Shown here piece by piece: positions 27,076 through 39,980 of a stretch of DNA of 64,000 nt. The position numbers were made by a program, and so were the translations under genes. The DNA comes from Takakia lepidozioides. Its lineage: Eukaryota > Plantae > Bryophyta. The stretch covers positions 13,516,001-13,580,000 of the forward strand of contig CM060731.1 of NCBI GenBank assembly GCA_030704615.1. The letters are read 5' to 3'. The notes below the pieces were generated by a model. It had not been told where the DNA came from. It worked only from the letters and a program-made list of their open reading frames with translations, and ran no database searches. Each line of letters opens with the position of its first letter. Position 1 is the first letter of the stretch.

Positions 27076-30000
27076 TTATTTTCCTTTCTTCTTCCCCCCC
27101 TTCTTCTTTCCTTGGGTATTGTTCGTCCCCTTCTTCTTTCCGCCGGACGTGGCCTTCTGATTCTGTGATCCTGCGCCTTCTTCCGTAGCGATCGAAGTCC
27201 ACTCAAGGAAGAGCTCATTGTAGCTCGCTCCGAAATTCAACGCACCTGCAGGAGGAGATTCAGATGTAAATGAGATATTCTGCATGAATGAGAAATACTT
27301 TACTTGAACAAACTCTAAACAAATTACTATTTAGCGGGAGCCCAAGAATAGGCCTCCCAAAGGAGCCTCATCCGCCATTTGAGTTGGACACTAACTTGGG
27401 AGAAGGAGAGCGTCGTAATATTCTTCGTCACTGTTGAGGTAACTTGCTGGATGGCTACTATCGCTTGCTGGAAGCTCAATCGGCAGGCCAACACGCTGGG
27501 GCAGAATGATGTTGGAGGTTCTCAGTTTCAGTCCTTTTGTTCCTGTGCAGTGGTCAATTACTTGAGCAAATTGAAACATGGTGCATAGACAGCCTTGTAA
27601 TCTGAGATCTAGTCCTAAGGGTCCACGGCTTTGAGAACACAGATCTATCAGCGTTTGAGCATTCTGCAAGGCTTAGATCGAACACTGACGAGCGTGACCG
27701 AATTCAGCACTTGTGTAGACCGACGTTTCATATTTTCGCGGTTTCAGCGAGTCCACAGCATTTTCGCCTTGACTAGACTCTTAAGAACCTACCTAAAACT
27801 TGCACTCATGCATGGAGAAGCAGATCATTCCTCACGCACGTGATTGTACCACATGAATGCTCAAACTAGTTACTACATACCTTGTTGGCTCGCTATTGTA
27901 GACGCCAAATACTCCTCAAAATGTTGGCATGTATTTTGCCATGGTATGGTTAGACAGTCTGAGTTATACGCTCCGCAGATGTCAGCCTGATCAAGAAGCC
28001 GACAAAGATACGGGAATCTCCAGGAGTCCTTCCTCATGTCAATCTTTGCCTGTGCAATCATGTCCGTAAAGAACTCGGATAAATCCTCACCATTATCCAT
28101 CATTGTGTCATGTATATGCATTATCATAGTGGGTACAGTGAGTGGTCGCTGCAGCTGGGATTTCACGCTCCCGGTTCTCAACGTTGATGCAAACTGGTCT
28201 ATACTCCTCAGGATTGTGTGTGCAATGTCTTCACTGCTTCTCACAGGAATGTTCATTCTCGTGTAAGGATAAGAAGGAATCGAATCATCGTCCGACACTG
28301 TGAAAGAAACAAATACTGGTTTGTTCAGGACCGTCATGGCTGCGGTAGTGAGGCGGTCACGGAGGTGGAAGAAGAGAGAACCAAGTAGATCGTTCTCGGG
28401 GACACTATGGGCTGCTCCACTTTGCAGCACCTTGGTCATAGTCCAGCCGAGACAGGGATGGACATTTTCTGGAACCATCCAAGTCCCAACACAAGGTTCA
28501 TACAGTGTCGGGTTTGGTATAAAGTGATGACCTCTAAAGTGCCCATATGGAAGAACAAGACCATCAGACCGGAACCTGCTCCACGCTGCTCTGTGAGGGC
28601 TGCGAAGCACCGAAGAGAGTATGTTTTTGGAGTTTCTGATACGATTGGACTGAAGGACTGTTGACGATGCCCAGGGGAAGAAGCTCATCTTTGCTATTTC
28701 TACGAATATCAGATCTGGCTTACAACCAAGGCCTGCAATACATCACAGTGAACAGGACATGACCCAGGTGAGTAAATTCAGCTTGCAGCATCTTTTCTGC
28801 CTTCTGAAAGCATGCAGGGACGGCGTGATATTCCCAAATTACGTAGTACGTATTAAACGGTTCACGACATGTTAAGGGTCTCCCCTGCAACCAGAATGTT
28901 GAAGATTACCATGTACATATTAATGGCATAATCCTCGAAAGAATGAACACTCAAACTCGTTCGAAGTTCGAGTTTCAAATGGAGAATTAGTGTGAATACC
29001 TTGAATGGAGATGGGTCGAGTAACTTCTGGACCACGATATGATATGCCTATTGCCGGATAGTCGGATAGATTCTTGAAGAAAGTGATGAGTTGCCTCAGG
29101 TCCATTGACATTGGTGGAACCATCCTTAGTTGCTGCTCTTCGCTAGGGTCAATGGTGTTATCCCATGCAATGATGCAAAAATTCAGCAAAAGGGCGATGA
29201 CAAGTTGAAGCTCCAGGTATTGACCAGCCGTGATTGTTGCGGAATACCAAAGAGCAATGACTGTGTCCACTGCTGCAGGTCCCCGAGTAACGAGGAGCAT
29301 CATGATCAACATGTTGCGGGCCGCAGCCACAGGTGAACTATGAGGGAGGAAATTTATATGCATAAACAGTGGATTTCTGAATGAAGCGGGAAACTCGCAC
29401 AGGGTCTCAATCACGGAGTTCAAGTCGACACACCCATCGAACAGTAGATTAACGTCTTTGTCCCTCAATTTGCTGTGGAGCTTGAGAGTTTCGGGATGAA
29501 GAATACCATATGCGGGTCGGTCTTCCCAGATTTCTGGAAGAGAATCACTTTTCTCAATCTCGTCTTCGATGCCTGTATATTTGAAAAAGAAAACTTTAGA
29601 GAAACCGTAATTTCGGAGGGATAAAGATGGAAGCTAGAATGGTGCAACAACAGATTGATGATTATGATGGTGACTGTTGATTACAGGCCCAGACCCCCTG
29701 CACATTTCATGAAGGTTTATGGATTCAGATGTGTAGTGTTTTGGTTTCATTCAAATGCATTACTATTTGTACAGACAGGTCTTATTTAGAACAAGTTGCT
29801 GGGCTGATACATGTGGGTTGTACTGAAACTTTCATATATTCTTGAGACATTTCGGAATCTTGGTAATCAAGAGTAGTACTGCGACAGTAGTAGATTCAAG
29901 TTCTTTCATACCTTCTGGCTTGCTATCCTGATGCTGCTCAGTCCCACAGGCGCTATCCGTCGCTTTCTGGCATTCATCTTTGTGCCTCCGCTCCCAGTGC

Positions 30001-31049
30001 TCTGTCTGGCATTTTAAGCTGCAGTAGCTCACCAGGTTGCACTTTTTGCACCAAGAAGCTCCCGCGTTTATACACCTTTCTCCTTCCACGTCCAGCCAAT
30101 TGCTGCAAGAGGGGAAGCGGAGTGGTCGAGCGTCCACCCCTGAACCCGGTATGAACTTGAAAGTGCCGAGCTTTTTCTCTAAAATTCTCACGACATCACT
30201 CAAAACAGTTGCAGGATACAGGCCATGGCACTCGATCAGGTTCACGACAGCGTACAAAAACTCGTTTAATACAGCTGGAGTGTCGTTCTTCACCGTCTTC
30301 GGACCACTTGCAGGCCTACCAGTTTCACCAGAAGTACTGGCAGTTTGTGAATCCTGCACCACACTTGAATCATCTGGAGCCAGAGAAAAACTAGTTTCGT
30401 CACAATCTTTGTATTCTCCATAGACAAGCAGTTTCATTGACGGATGACCCAACAAAAACGCTGAGATCGCATTCTTCTTGGTTTTCACAGAGTCCATATT
30501 TTCCAGATTTTCCTTGAGATCTTTTATTGTAGCGTCCTCAGTATGTTCGAAGTATATCCTCCATGCTTGAAGGGCATGGTCTTCCAGAAAAACATCAAGG
30601 TCAGATATCTCAGGGTCATAAGGCATATCATTTGAGTCTCCCCCCCTTAAAAATGTTATAAGTTTCCCCAAGCTCCAGTCGCCCGCTTCCTCTTCTAGAT
30701 TCATCACTGCACAATATTCTCTTACAGTTTCTGGACTACCACTTGGCTGTATCTCGTCCACGTAACTTTTGTCCTTCAGAGAATGCAGGACGCCGTCTTC
30801 AGGAACTACCTTTGTAGATGTTGATTCAGCTTCAACAGAGGTCATCCCGTCATCACCCCTGTCTTCCTCCAAAGGAGGCATATCATCATCCCTAGGTATC
30901 CATATTCTAATTTGACCGATAAGTATGGAGCTGCCATGATCATCTATCGTTTCACAATCTGGAGAAGCCAGTTCATCGTCACCTGTCATACTGGGCTCTA
31001 CTGCAGAAGCACTCTGTGTCCTAGATAGAAGCCACTGCTTCATTGTCAT
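27076..31049 (-). CDS. zf-MYND + DUF4470-like protein, multi-exon, apparently intact
   Basis: MYND: CSNW..C..CKKCNLVSYCSLKCQTEHWERRHKDEC. DUF4470-like: VNLLFDGCVDLNSVIETL..AARNMLIMMLL..IALWYS; then RFRSDGLVLPYG..PNPT..W..P..GW..NDLLGSLFFHLRD; C-terminal ELFLEW. Exons approx 31049-29912, 29572-29000, 28732-27881, 27542-27396, 27244-27076, joined by phase-1 GT-AG introns. Confidence 0.85.
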
Positions 31050-31889
31050 TGTGGGCAAGAAATTCGGTGACTGGCTGCTGCGTACAAATCCTGCAAAAGG
31101 CCGACGTCCTACTACCCTTCCCGAAGGATTATATCAGAAGTAAAAATCTGGACAACCGGGCCAAATGAAGATCAGGTCTGCATGTGAGGGCCGAATGTGC
31201 ACAGGTCTCGCAAACCCAACTTGGTATTGCGTAAGTTCCACAGAGATTAGGCGTCCCGAGGAATCTACACTGTGCTAATCTTGAAAAGCTATGTTATCTT
31301 AGTAGACGGCACGCCATGTCCCTGCTTCTGATTCGAACCTGATTCTCTGTTAAGGAAAGTGTTGTACATTTAACTTACTCGAATGCAACAGCGACACCAT
31401 ATACTCATTTCTACGCCAAAGAAACCTTTCAGAGGTGTAAGAAGAAGCCGACTTGACTCATGTGGGAAGAGGTGACCAAGATCGATGTCGGAACTGCAGA
31501 ATGACAGTAAGATGATCAATATCATGCGGCAGGTCGGAGAGTTCGAGTTGCAAGAGAAGACCAATTGCAATTTGAATTGAAAACGGTCATCTACAAAACC
31601 TGACCTTCCCGTTCGCCAAACGGTCATCTGCCTGGGCAGCCCGAGAAACCAATTTCCTTAGGGCTAGTGATGTGCCTTGTAGACCTGCCCCTTGTCTGCG
31701 CTCTCCTCACTCTCCGACGTTTGAAGCCATTGCAGCGGTTTCTTGCAATCCTGGATTTAGGGTTGAGCAATGGGGCTGGTCGCTGCTTAAATTACTTAGA
31801 ATCCACAGGGCCTCCCTGCAGCTCCAACCCATTGTTGGATTTTAGCCGCGTGACGGTACAGAATTTGGTTGAATCCATCTAATGTAACC

Positions 31890-32235
31890 CAACAGATGTG
31901 GGCTGCCCTAAATTGACATCTACGACACAAGATCATACCCTCAAGACGCTGGAAAAAAGTAGAGGCTGCGAGGAGAGACTCTAACAGAGGTCCCTACTAC
32001 GATGATTTGTGTACCCGGGGAGTAGGAGTTCACATAAGACAACCACACTTGTAAGCCCATCAAGCTAAGATTGATATATACGTGCACATGTAGCATTAAA
32101 CCAAGTTTAAGTTACAATTGATCAGATTTTTAACAGTTGCACATGGAAAGTCGAGCTGAAATTTGCCCTGCAGGATCAATATTGTTTGAAAGAAGGTAAT
32201 TATTAAAGTGAGATTGAAATTGAAGAGTTTATCTA
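31890..32235 (+). repeat. Direct repeat copy 2 of 26670-26945
   Basis: Same colinear blocks as copy 1. Confidence 0.75.
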
Positions 32236-32521
32236 TCACAACCGTGAGTGCACAGTGCACAATCAAAGCCCATTGGTAATGGGCACATACCACGTTGGAT
32301 GTGGTTGTGGGTTCAAACCACGGTCTGGTGTGTCATGAAAGTGTCCACCTTTCAGCTGGAAGGCAGTAGCCCTTTGTGGTGAAGTGACACCATAAGTTAC
32401 GCTTTGGGAGGCGTCATACTTCTTCTTCTATCCGGTTGGAGGTTCGGGCTATTCTAGATGCAGTGGGCATTTTCTCACATCATCAAAACATGCTGCACAG
32501 CCAACCAGCTTGTATGAGAAA

Positions 32522-34204
32522 TGTTGAATTAATAGAATAGAATGATCCAATGTGAATTCGATAAGAAGATGTCCAACATACATAGGCGGCCATGCAGTTC
32601 TAGTTCAACGTAGACCATGTCATGTTCCACGTGGTAGCATCCAGGTCACATATTTTGAACAGTGATACTTCTTGGTCCCGCCATTACCTGGCTCCAGCCT
32701 GCTTGGTATATATTCCTTGCAGTATTCGTTGGACTTGTCTTTCTACAGGACGTCATTCAACTTCGATTTACAACAAAGAATTGTTGTCTGAATCCATTGT
32801 GTTAGATCTGAGTTGTTTCCTTCTACAGGTTATGGGGCCCACTGCGGGTGCAGTTTAGTTGGAGGAGACTTCGTCAGTTTTCTTACAAGTAGCTGTAGAA
32901 ATGATATGCAAAATTTTCTTTCCTTAGCGTTGTTTCAAGAAACTTTACAAGTGTAGCAAATCATCTGCAGCCCTAGTCTTCAATCAAGTTACTAAAGATT
33001 AGAGAAGCGTTTTGCACAATCATCATATTATTATAGAGAGCCAGGAGAGGCCTTCTTGATTTTCTGTAGCATGTAACAGTATGGTTTTCTTGAATTAAGA
33101 ATCGCCTATGTCGTAGTGTTAAGCAAGCTAAGAGTGCGAAAATGAGCACTAAGAGAATATGGAGGTAATAAGGGTGGAAAAGTTTATTGGTGAGAACTTC
33201 CATCTCTAGAAGTTTCATATGCAGTTCATCTTTGAAGCAAAGGAGCTATGGTCAATTGTCGATGGCTCTCAGACTGTCTTCAAGTTGCCTAATGCGATCC
33301 CAGCAGAGATGCATTCCATTGATTGAGCGCACATGGAGCAGCTCATAAATTGCACCACATCAGCAGAGATGTGGGCAACACTCAACATGATACACAATCA
33401 AACTGCTGAAGAGAATATTGCTCATCTTCAAGAGAAGTTTTATAAGTATCGCATGAGAGAGAATGATATTATATCGACCTATTGTAGTACGTTTTCTGCA
33501 CTGGCAAAGAAGCTTACAAATCTTAGCGAGAATGTCAGTGAGCGGCAACTACTTTAAGATAAAAATAGGTTTGTCACCTCGGAGTTACGATCCATTACTA
33601 CTTGCATGGGATAGTGTTCCCATAGCAAAATAGACACTCAAGTCTTTCCATGTGCGACTGCTTAAGAGAGAATCTGCGCTGAAGAATAAGCCAGAAAGGG
33701 CAGATCACGAACAGGGCGACAACGTTTTTTTTGCTGGAAGGAATGGTGAGAGCAGCAGTTCGGGTCATAGAATAGAACTCACTCCAAAGCAACACAAGAA
33801 GAGGGTACAACGAATAGTAGAACTCAAGGAAAACACAAAGTGTTTTAAGTGTGGTGAGACAGGCCATTGGGCAAAAGAATGCCACATGGAGAAGAAATCT
33901 GAGAGCGAGCACAGTACAAATCAAGCCAATCTTATAGTATCTGATGTTGTCGCTATTGATGAGGTAGCAAGTCTTCCCTTGGAGAGCCAAGCATATTATG
34001 CACGCATTGCAGATATAGGTGATAGTTGGTATGCCGATAGTGCAGCTTCACAACATATGAAAGATATGAAAGATTGGTTCAGAACCATGAAATCAGTTAG
34101 GCATGGTACTTGGGGAGTGCGTGTAGCAACAGACTCAACCGTCTAGATTGCAGGGATATGGGACATCGATATCATGTCTCTAGTGAATGAGAAATGGCAA
34201 CAAA
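32522..34204 (+). mobile_element. Ty1/Copia 5' part: LTR (32522-32827), PBS, degenerate gag-protease; cut by a CACTA insertion
   Basis: LTR TGTTGAA..TTCTACA; PBS GGTTATGGGGCCCA at 32828. Gag KFIGENFHL*KFHMQFIFEAKELWSIVDG, zinc knuckle CFKCGETGHWAKEC, protease WYADSAASQHM. Confidence 0.9.
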
Positions 34205-37200
34205 CACTACAGCAAATTTGGGGGGGGGGGGGTTGCGACGCCAGCCGTGCCCCCGCGCGGCGCTGAGCCTGCGACGCCCAGCCGTCGCAAGCTGGCATGA
34301 AGGGGAAAGGGGGGCCCCACTGCGATGGATTTTTTCTTGCGACACCCCAGCCTCACAAACCCATTTTTAAAATATATATATATTTTTGGGCGTCGCAAAA
34401 ACGTCACTGAGGGTGCCCAGCGCCTCTAGGACGCCCCAGCAAAATGGGGTTTTTTTTTTTTTTTTTTTTTTGGGCTTTACGGCCCTCAACCTCATAATAG
34501 CGTCGCTGGGATGCCCAACGCTACGATGCCAGGGGGTCGCAACGGCGTCGCCATAGGGGGTCGCAATGGTGTTGTAGTCAACTTAGGTCATCACAAGGAT
34601 GTCGCTTGGGGTGCTTGGCGGTGGGGCTGCAACAACGGCGACGACGTTGGGACTGGGGCTGGGGCTAGGCACTAAGGTTGTGGAGGATGTTGCAACTCCC
34701 CGACGTCACAAGAGGGACCCCTTTAGAAGGAACTTCGAAAGAAATCTTGATATGTATATATACATTTAGATTGTTTTTGTGATACATAAATGTATCGTAG
34801 GTGTGTTGGTTAGTCTGTAGTGTCTTAGAAATGTTATAACGTGGAGGTCCTAGGTTCAAGTATGCATTGCCTAATAGGTCAGAGCACCTAAATGAGGCGG
34901 CGTTCCCCTAAGTCCCACAGAGCTCTCATCCAATCCCTGGCCATGACCCCCAACCTTATCCATACTAGTGCCATATAGTGCACTCATCCCCTCCGTGTTG
35001 GTCATGTTCTTCATGAATGATTGCCAACCATGCTCATTGGCGTAGTTGTACTCTACCGGAGATGGCTTCCTCTCAAACGCGCGTTGCTACACATGCCACA
35101 AATTAAAGTCAGTTCTTTGCGATGATAGAGCCAGAAAGAAGACATAACAAAATCCATAGGGAAATACGACTTACAAATCGCAAGATAAAACCCGCGGATC
35201 CGCCAGCGCCCCATTTGTGTGTGGATTCGTGCTTGTCAAGGCAGACTGTTGTTGCTTCGCGTGCCCGGTCAAATTTGGCCTTGTTTGCGGCACCAATCTC
35301 TCCCGCAATGAGTGCATCCCACGATACCTATGCACCCCCCTCCCAACAATTAGTGAATTACACCCATACGTTGCATCGAATCCACCTCATTAATGCACAT
35401 GCGACAAATGGAAGGTGACATGATTCAGGATTTGCCAACCTGTATAATTCCATAAGGTGGTTTGGGTATGGCCCCATTTTCCATTGCCCTCCGAATGATC
35501 TGTCTGGCACGGTACTTCCTGTCCTTCAAGTTTCGCCCCACCATCTCCATCACCCTTGTGTCACTCCAATTTCTCGGAAACCGGCGGTCTAACTCACGGG
35601 CATACGCCCGCTTCGCGCCAAAGTGCAGATCAGCCCACTTGATGTGCAAAGGGAACCACCTTATTGTGAGTTCGAAGGTTGACTTCTTCATAGCCTCCCA
35701 GAATGCACCGCAGGGGTCACCATGGCGATTCACCTCCACAAGTGGCACCACGATCTTTGCCAACTCCACGTCCTGTATCGCCAAGGGCATGTTCTTCTTC
35801 CCACCCTCTCCCTTCTTTGTAGCCTCCTTCCCCTGCTCCTTTGTTACCCCACTGCCCTCCCCCGCATGCACACTCAACCCTTCGTCTCTATGGGACTTCT
35901 TCTTCTTCTTCTTTTCTTTCCCCTTCTCCACGACCATCTCCTTCCCCTTCCCCGCTACTTCCTCTCTCTCCTTCTCCCTCTCCCTTCTCTCTCTCTCTCG
36001 GCAGCCCTTTCATTGATAGTAAAAGGGATCTCGGGAGGTCGAGGCCTCTTCTTCTTACCTTTGGTGTTCGGGTCCTTCATGAACACCACGTGCTCTGGAT
36101 GAATGCAGGGTTGACTGGACCAAAATGGACGTTACCAACACAGTTTTAAATGACTGCAATTGATGGTGTCATCAATTGAAATTGAATTAACTCATTAAAA
36201 CCAGCAAATATATATGTCATTGGATTTCTAGCTTCAATGCATACCCATAGCAACTCTCCAATCATGAATCCGATAAGAAATGACTCCGCTATGGACTTTT
36301 GAACACCGTCATTGTGGACTGTTACCGCAATGAATGGAATTACAATGGACTCAAATTCTCATATGTGCCATTGGTGAATTCCATTGAAATTTGGACATAA
36401 GGTGGCCATTTTGGTCCACATCATAGGTATGGATTTGAAGTGACAAAATCATTTGTCATTTGACTCATATGGACTAATATATGTAAAAAAAATAGGCGTT
36501 TTTTGAAAAGTCCATAGCTCATCTTGTTTTTTGGATTTTGGGTGTCATTGTTTTTCTAAGAGTATAAAAACCTATAATCTTCAATGACTAGGTGTCATAT
36601 TGAAATGTTTTTGTAAACTCTAATTTTTAGTTTTTCATAATTTTTCTAAATAATAGACTAAAATATTTAATGAATTATATCTTTAATATTTGGGGTAGGA
36701 CTCTTTACTAAATATGTTCAGTATACCATTATCTATCATTAAAAAAAAATTGGGATAGCATCATCAACTTTTGTTTTTTGGTCATGGACTTTCATGGAGA
36801 AGGATCTGCCGTTTTTGGTCCACTCAACCCTGCAACTGCCCCTCTCCCTCATTGGCAACCCCACGGGACTGCACCAATGAGACCAACCATGTTGCTACCT
36901 CTTGAAGACAAATAACCTCTCCAAATTCAAAAAAAGAAACAAACCACAAAGAAAATCATGCATGCAAAGGAAAGGATAAAACATGGAACAAGGTGCGACA
37001 GTTGTACCTTTGCAAGCTTGTCCGACTCGCCCCCGGTGTCACCCGATGTGGCAGGAGTCCCTATTGCCGGATGTGCCCGCTCTATCCCCTCCCGGAGCGC
37101 CACTGGAGTAGATTCCAGATGTGGAGCATAGCCGGCGGCGGCGCCACGTAGTCCAGGCCCTTCTTTGCTGGCCGCTCAGCTCAGGGGGCGGCGTCGCTGA

Positions 37201-37800
37201 TTGGCTAGGCCGCTCCAAACCGGCCCATACCTCCTCCCCCCCCCTAAATGCGTATCAAGATAGAAGCCCTCACCTGGCTTGACTTCTTCGAGGCGCTTCG
37301 CTATCTCGGCCACTTCATTGGCCCTCCTCGTCTCCTCCTCCCTCATCGACAACATTGGGCTAGCAATGGAGGCTTTCAAAGGCCCTTGAACCTGACATTG
37401 GGCCTTGGCAAGTGCAGCCTTTGCTGCGGAGGAAGGGGTCGCTATGGGGGTGACATCCAAAAGTTGCCCATACCGGGCCCCCGAACGGGTGATGTGCTTG
37501 CCAAGGTACATTTCACCCGTCTTGGTGGCCGGGGGTGTGCTCAACTGAGCATCCGGCTCAGCAAAAACCTCCCGAATAGGAGAGCTGGCTGAGCCGGCCC
37601 TTGGCACATCCAAGATGTGGACAAGAGGGGGGGTATTGGCCTCGGGGGGCAGACGAGCCCTCCGGCTGCGGCTGTCGACGGGGCTGGTTAACCGTAAGAC
37701 GCTTTGGCGCGTCACACGTGCCGGCAGAACAAACGGATTGTCCGCCCCTTTCTTTGGGGCAGGGGACTTCTTCTCTTTCCCCATAAGCTGGCACCTGTCA
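34205..37800 (-). mobile_element. CACTA (En/Spm) element end with subterminal repeats and a TnpA/Ptta-like spliced ORF
   Basis: Terminus CACTACAGCAAATT at 34205 and dense GCGACG/CGTCGC subterminal motifs to ~34650. Minus-strand exons: VNRHGDPCG..FPLHIKWADL..LKDRKYRARQ; VSWDALI..HKWGAGG. The other terminus was not seen. Confidence 0.8.
36108..36830. mobile_element. AT-rich MITE-like insertion within the CACTA element
   Basis: TIR GGGTTGA(C/G)TGGACCAAAA at both ends, flanked on each side by TGCA (36104-36107, 36831-36834). Confidence 0.75.
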
Positions 37801-37908
37801 TGCAAACCCACAAGTTGGCCTCATTAGGAAACAACCTCTACATTCCAGATCAAAAACAAAAAAAACCAAGCATGTCGGGGGCTGAGAGCAGCAAGTGCTC
37901 GGGGTCTC

Positions 37909-38092
37909 GAGAGGGGGCAACAAAGAGAAAAGAAAAAGGTGGGGGGGAAGTGACTGAGCACCACCAGCAGTTGCTGAGCACCACGGGCTCAGCCCCCACC
38001 CCCCCCCCCCCCTATTTTCTTTTTTTTTGGTTTCCTGATCTCTCCCTCTCTCTGTCCCTCTCTCTGTCCCTCTCCCTCTCTCTCTCTCCCTC
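37909..38092. repeat. GA-rich fold-back element copy 1 (degenerate core)
   Basis: GAGAGGGGGCAACAAAGA..GTGACTGAGCA..GCTCAG..TTTCCTGATCTCTCCCTCTC. Confidence 0.75.
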
Positions 38093-38159
38093 TTTTTTTT
38101 GCTGATCACAAAAATAAACAAACCACAAGGGAGAGAGGGTGCAGAAAAAGTTAAAAAGA

Positions 38160-38875
38160 TTGTACTCATAAGACGTTGTTTGCCGTAGCCTTGTGGCCAT
38201 TGACCCCGCGCCCAGTTTGAGCGGAAACAAAAGGGACAGAACCTGCCTCTGTCAGGGGCTGACGTTGGTAGTAAGACTTACCTTCATATATAGAATTAAT
38301 CTGGGTTTTCCAGATATCCTCTACAAATCCCTTCACACAAGCATCAATCTGATGTGTGTGATTTGCCCAATAACTAGGCCTTAGGAGGGCATGGGCTTTT
38401 GGCTCAGCCTTGAGACTTTCAAAGTTGGTAAACAGAGGTACAGGCACAATTCCCTTGATAGATTTGAAGAGAGCGTCTCTTTGGTGAGAGAACCCTGGAC
38501 AGTGTATCAGAAAATGAGTATTGTCTTCAGATTGTCACACAACGGGCAATTGCACTCTCCCTTTCCTCTCTGCTTCTGTTTGCTGTTCAAAGGTAGGCTT
38601 CCTGCCCTGAGTTTAAATTTCAGTCTAGTGCCGAGAGTGAGTAGATCCTTGAGGTCATCCAAGATGTCCTCCCCCATGTCACTGACTGGAAACAAGTTCA
38701 GGGAAGTTTTCTGCCTAACTTCTCATCAGACAATCTCATGGCAACAGACATGGCTTTGGACACTACAGCCTCTAAGTCAGATTTATCAACCCATATTGCA
38801 GATCCGTACTCCAAGGCAGGTCTAATAATGTGACAAAACATGGTTTTCTTAACCTCAGAGTTGACCCCTCTGCAG
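38160..38875 (-). mobile_element. 5'-truncated, internally deleted LINE copy with 20-bp target-site duplication
   Basis: Reverse complement closely matches 10070-11093. TGCAGAAAAAGTTAAAAAGA flanks both sides (38140-38159, 38871-38890). Confidence 0.9.
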
Positions 38876-38889
38876 AAAAAGTTAAAAAG

Positions 38890-39068
38890 AGAGAGGGAGA
38901 GGGACAGAGAGGGACAGAGAGAGGGAGACAGACAGAGAGAGGGGGCAACAAAGAAAAAACAAAAAGGTGGGGGGGAGGAGTGACTGAGCAGCTGCTGCTC
39001 AGTCACTCCCCCCCACCTTTCTCTTTTTATTTTTATTTTCTGATCTCTCCCTCTCTCCCTCTCCCTCT
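38890..39068. repeat. GA-rich fold-back element copy 2
   Basis: Perfect palindrome GAGTGACTGAGCAGC-T-GCTGCTCAGTCACTC (38978-39008) flanked by G and C runs. Confidence 0.85.
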
Positions 39069-39980
39069 ATAACTCTTTGGATTTCATCTGGCCTTAACCT
39101 TTTGAGGTTATTTAGCTTTTCATCCCAACCTTTTTCATCCAAATCTGGATGATATTATTATAGGATGATAAAACTTAATGAACAGAAAGCTTGGTTTACC
39201 ATCTATTTCTTTCATCTAAACTGGATGAACTACATGAATAATGGTTACCTATTTTAAAATCCAAGAGAATAATAAAACTACCATCATAAATGATGGCAGT
39301 TATTAAACCTAAGCCTATACCATAACCCTAAAAGATACATTTTTATTGGTTGTCATCCATTGACAAAGTGCTTCTCTTGATAAAATGTGATTTTTCATCC
39401 ACCCTGGATGAGAAATCGGGAAGTTGTGCCCTAAGCAGGCCGACACATTTCACAGCACTGAACTCGTGCTTCAGTGAACCTTGATGATGCGCCGTATAAA
39501 CCTGCTCCCCTGCTGCACATGGTACTCGTGATGGCTAGCTCTTGGGATGCGCATTGGTGGTTAGGCAGATTCCTCTCTGGCAGACGACAAAGCGGTGATC
39601 GCTTTGCTCAGAAACTCATGGTTCTTTATTTTGCAGCGGCGCTTTTACTCCTCATTGGGAAGTACTCTATCCCTATTTATCTACAGATTACATGTTGCTC
39701 TCTTTTTGTATGAGCCATTCTCTATCTGTGAACGCTCCTACTTTGATTGCGTTCTGTTGGAGACGATCTTGGCCGCCGTGGCGCAGGGCATACCACAAAC
39801 ACTCGAGGTTTTTTGAGTTTACCCTTGCTTGAATTGTGATCTGTACATGCTTTAGAATTCAACACTGACATGGATAGCAACTGTGAAGACCTGCCACTCA
39901 CCTGCTGCATCCTCACTAACACACATCGCTATGTGGTGGTTTTTGGGACGGGCACAGGTGAGGGTCTTCACTTGTCTTGA
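39069..39980 (+). repeat. Non-autonomous repeat unit A (TCATCC/GGATGA-rich head plus shared exon-like block)
   Basis: Many TTTCATCC/GGATGA motifs. The block CATCCTCACTAAC..TTTTTGGGACGGGCACAGGTGAGGG is shared with 44540-44596 and 46791-46848. Confidence 0.65.
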
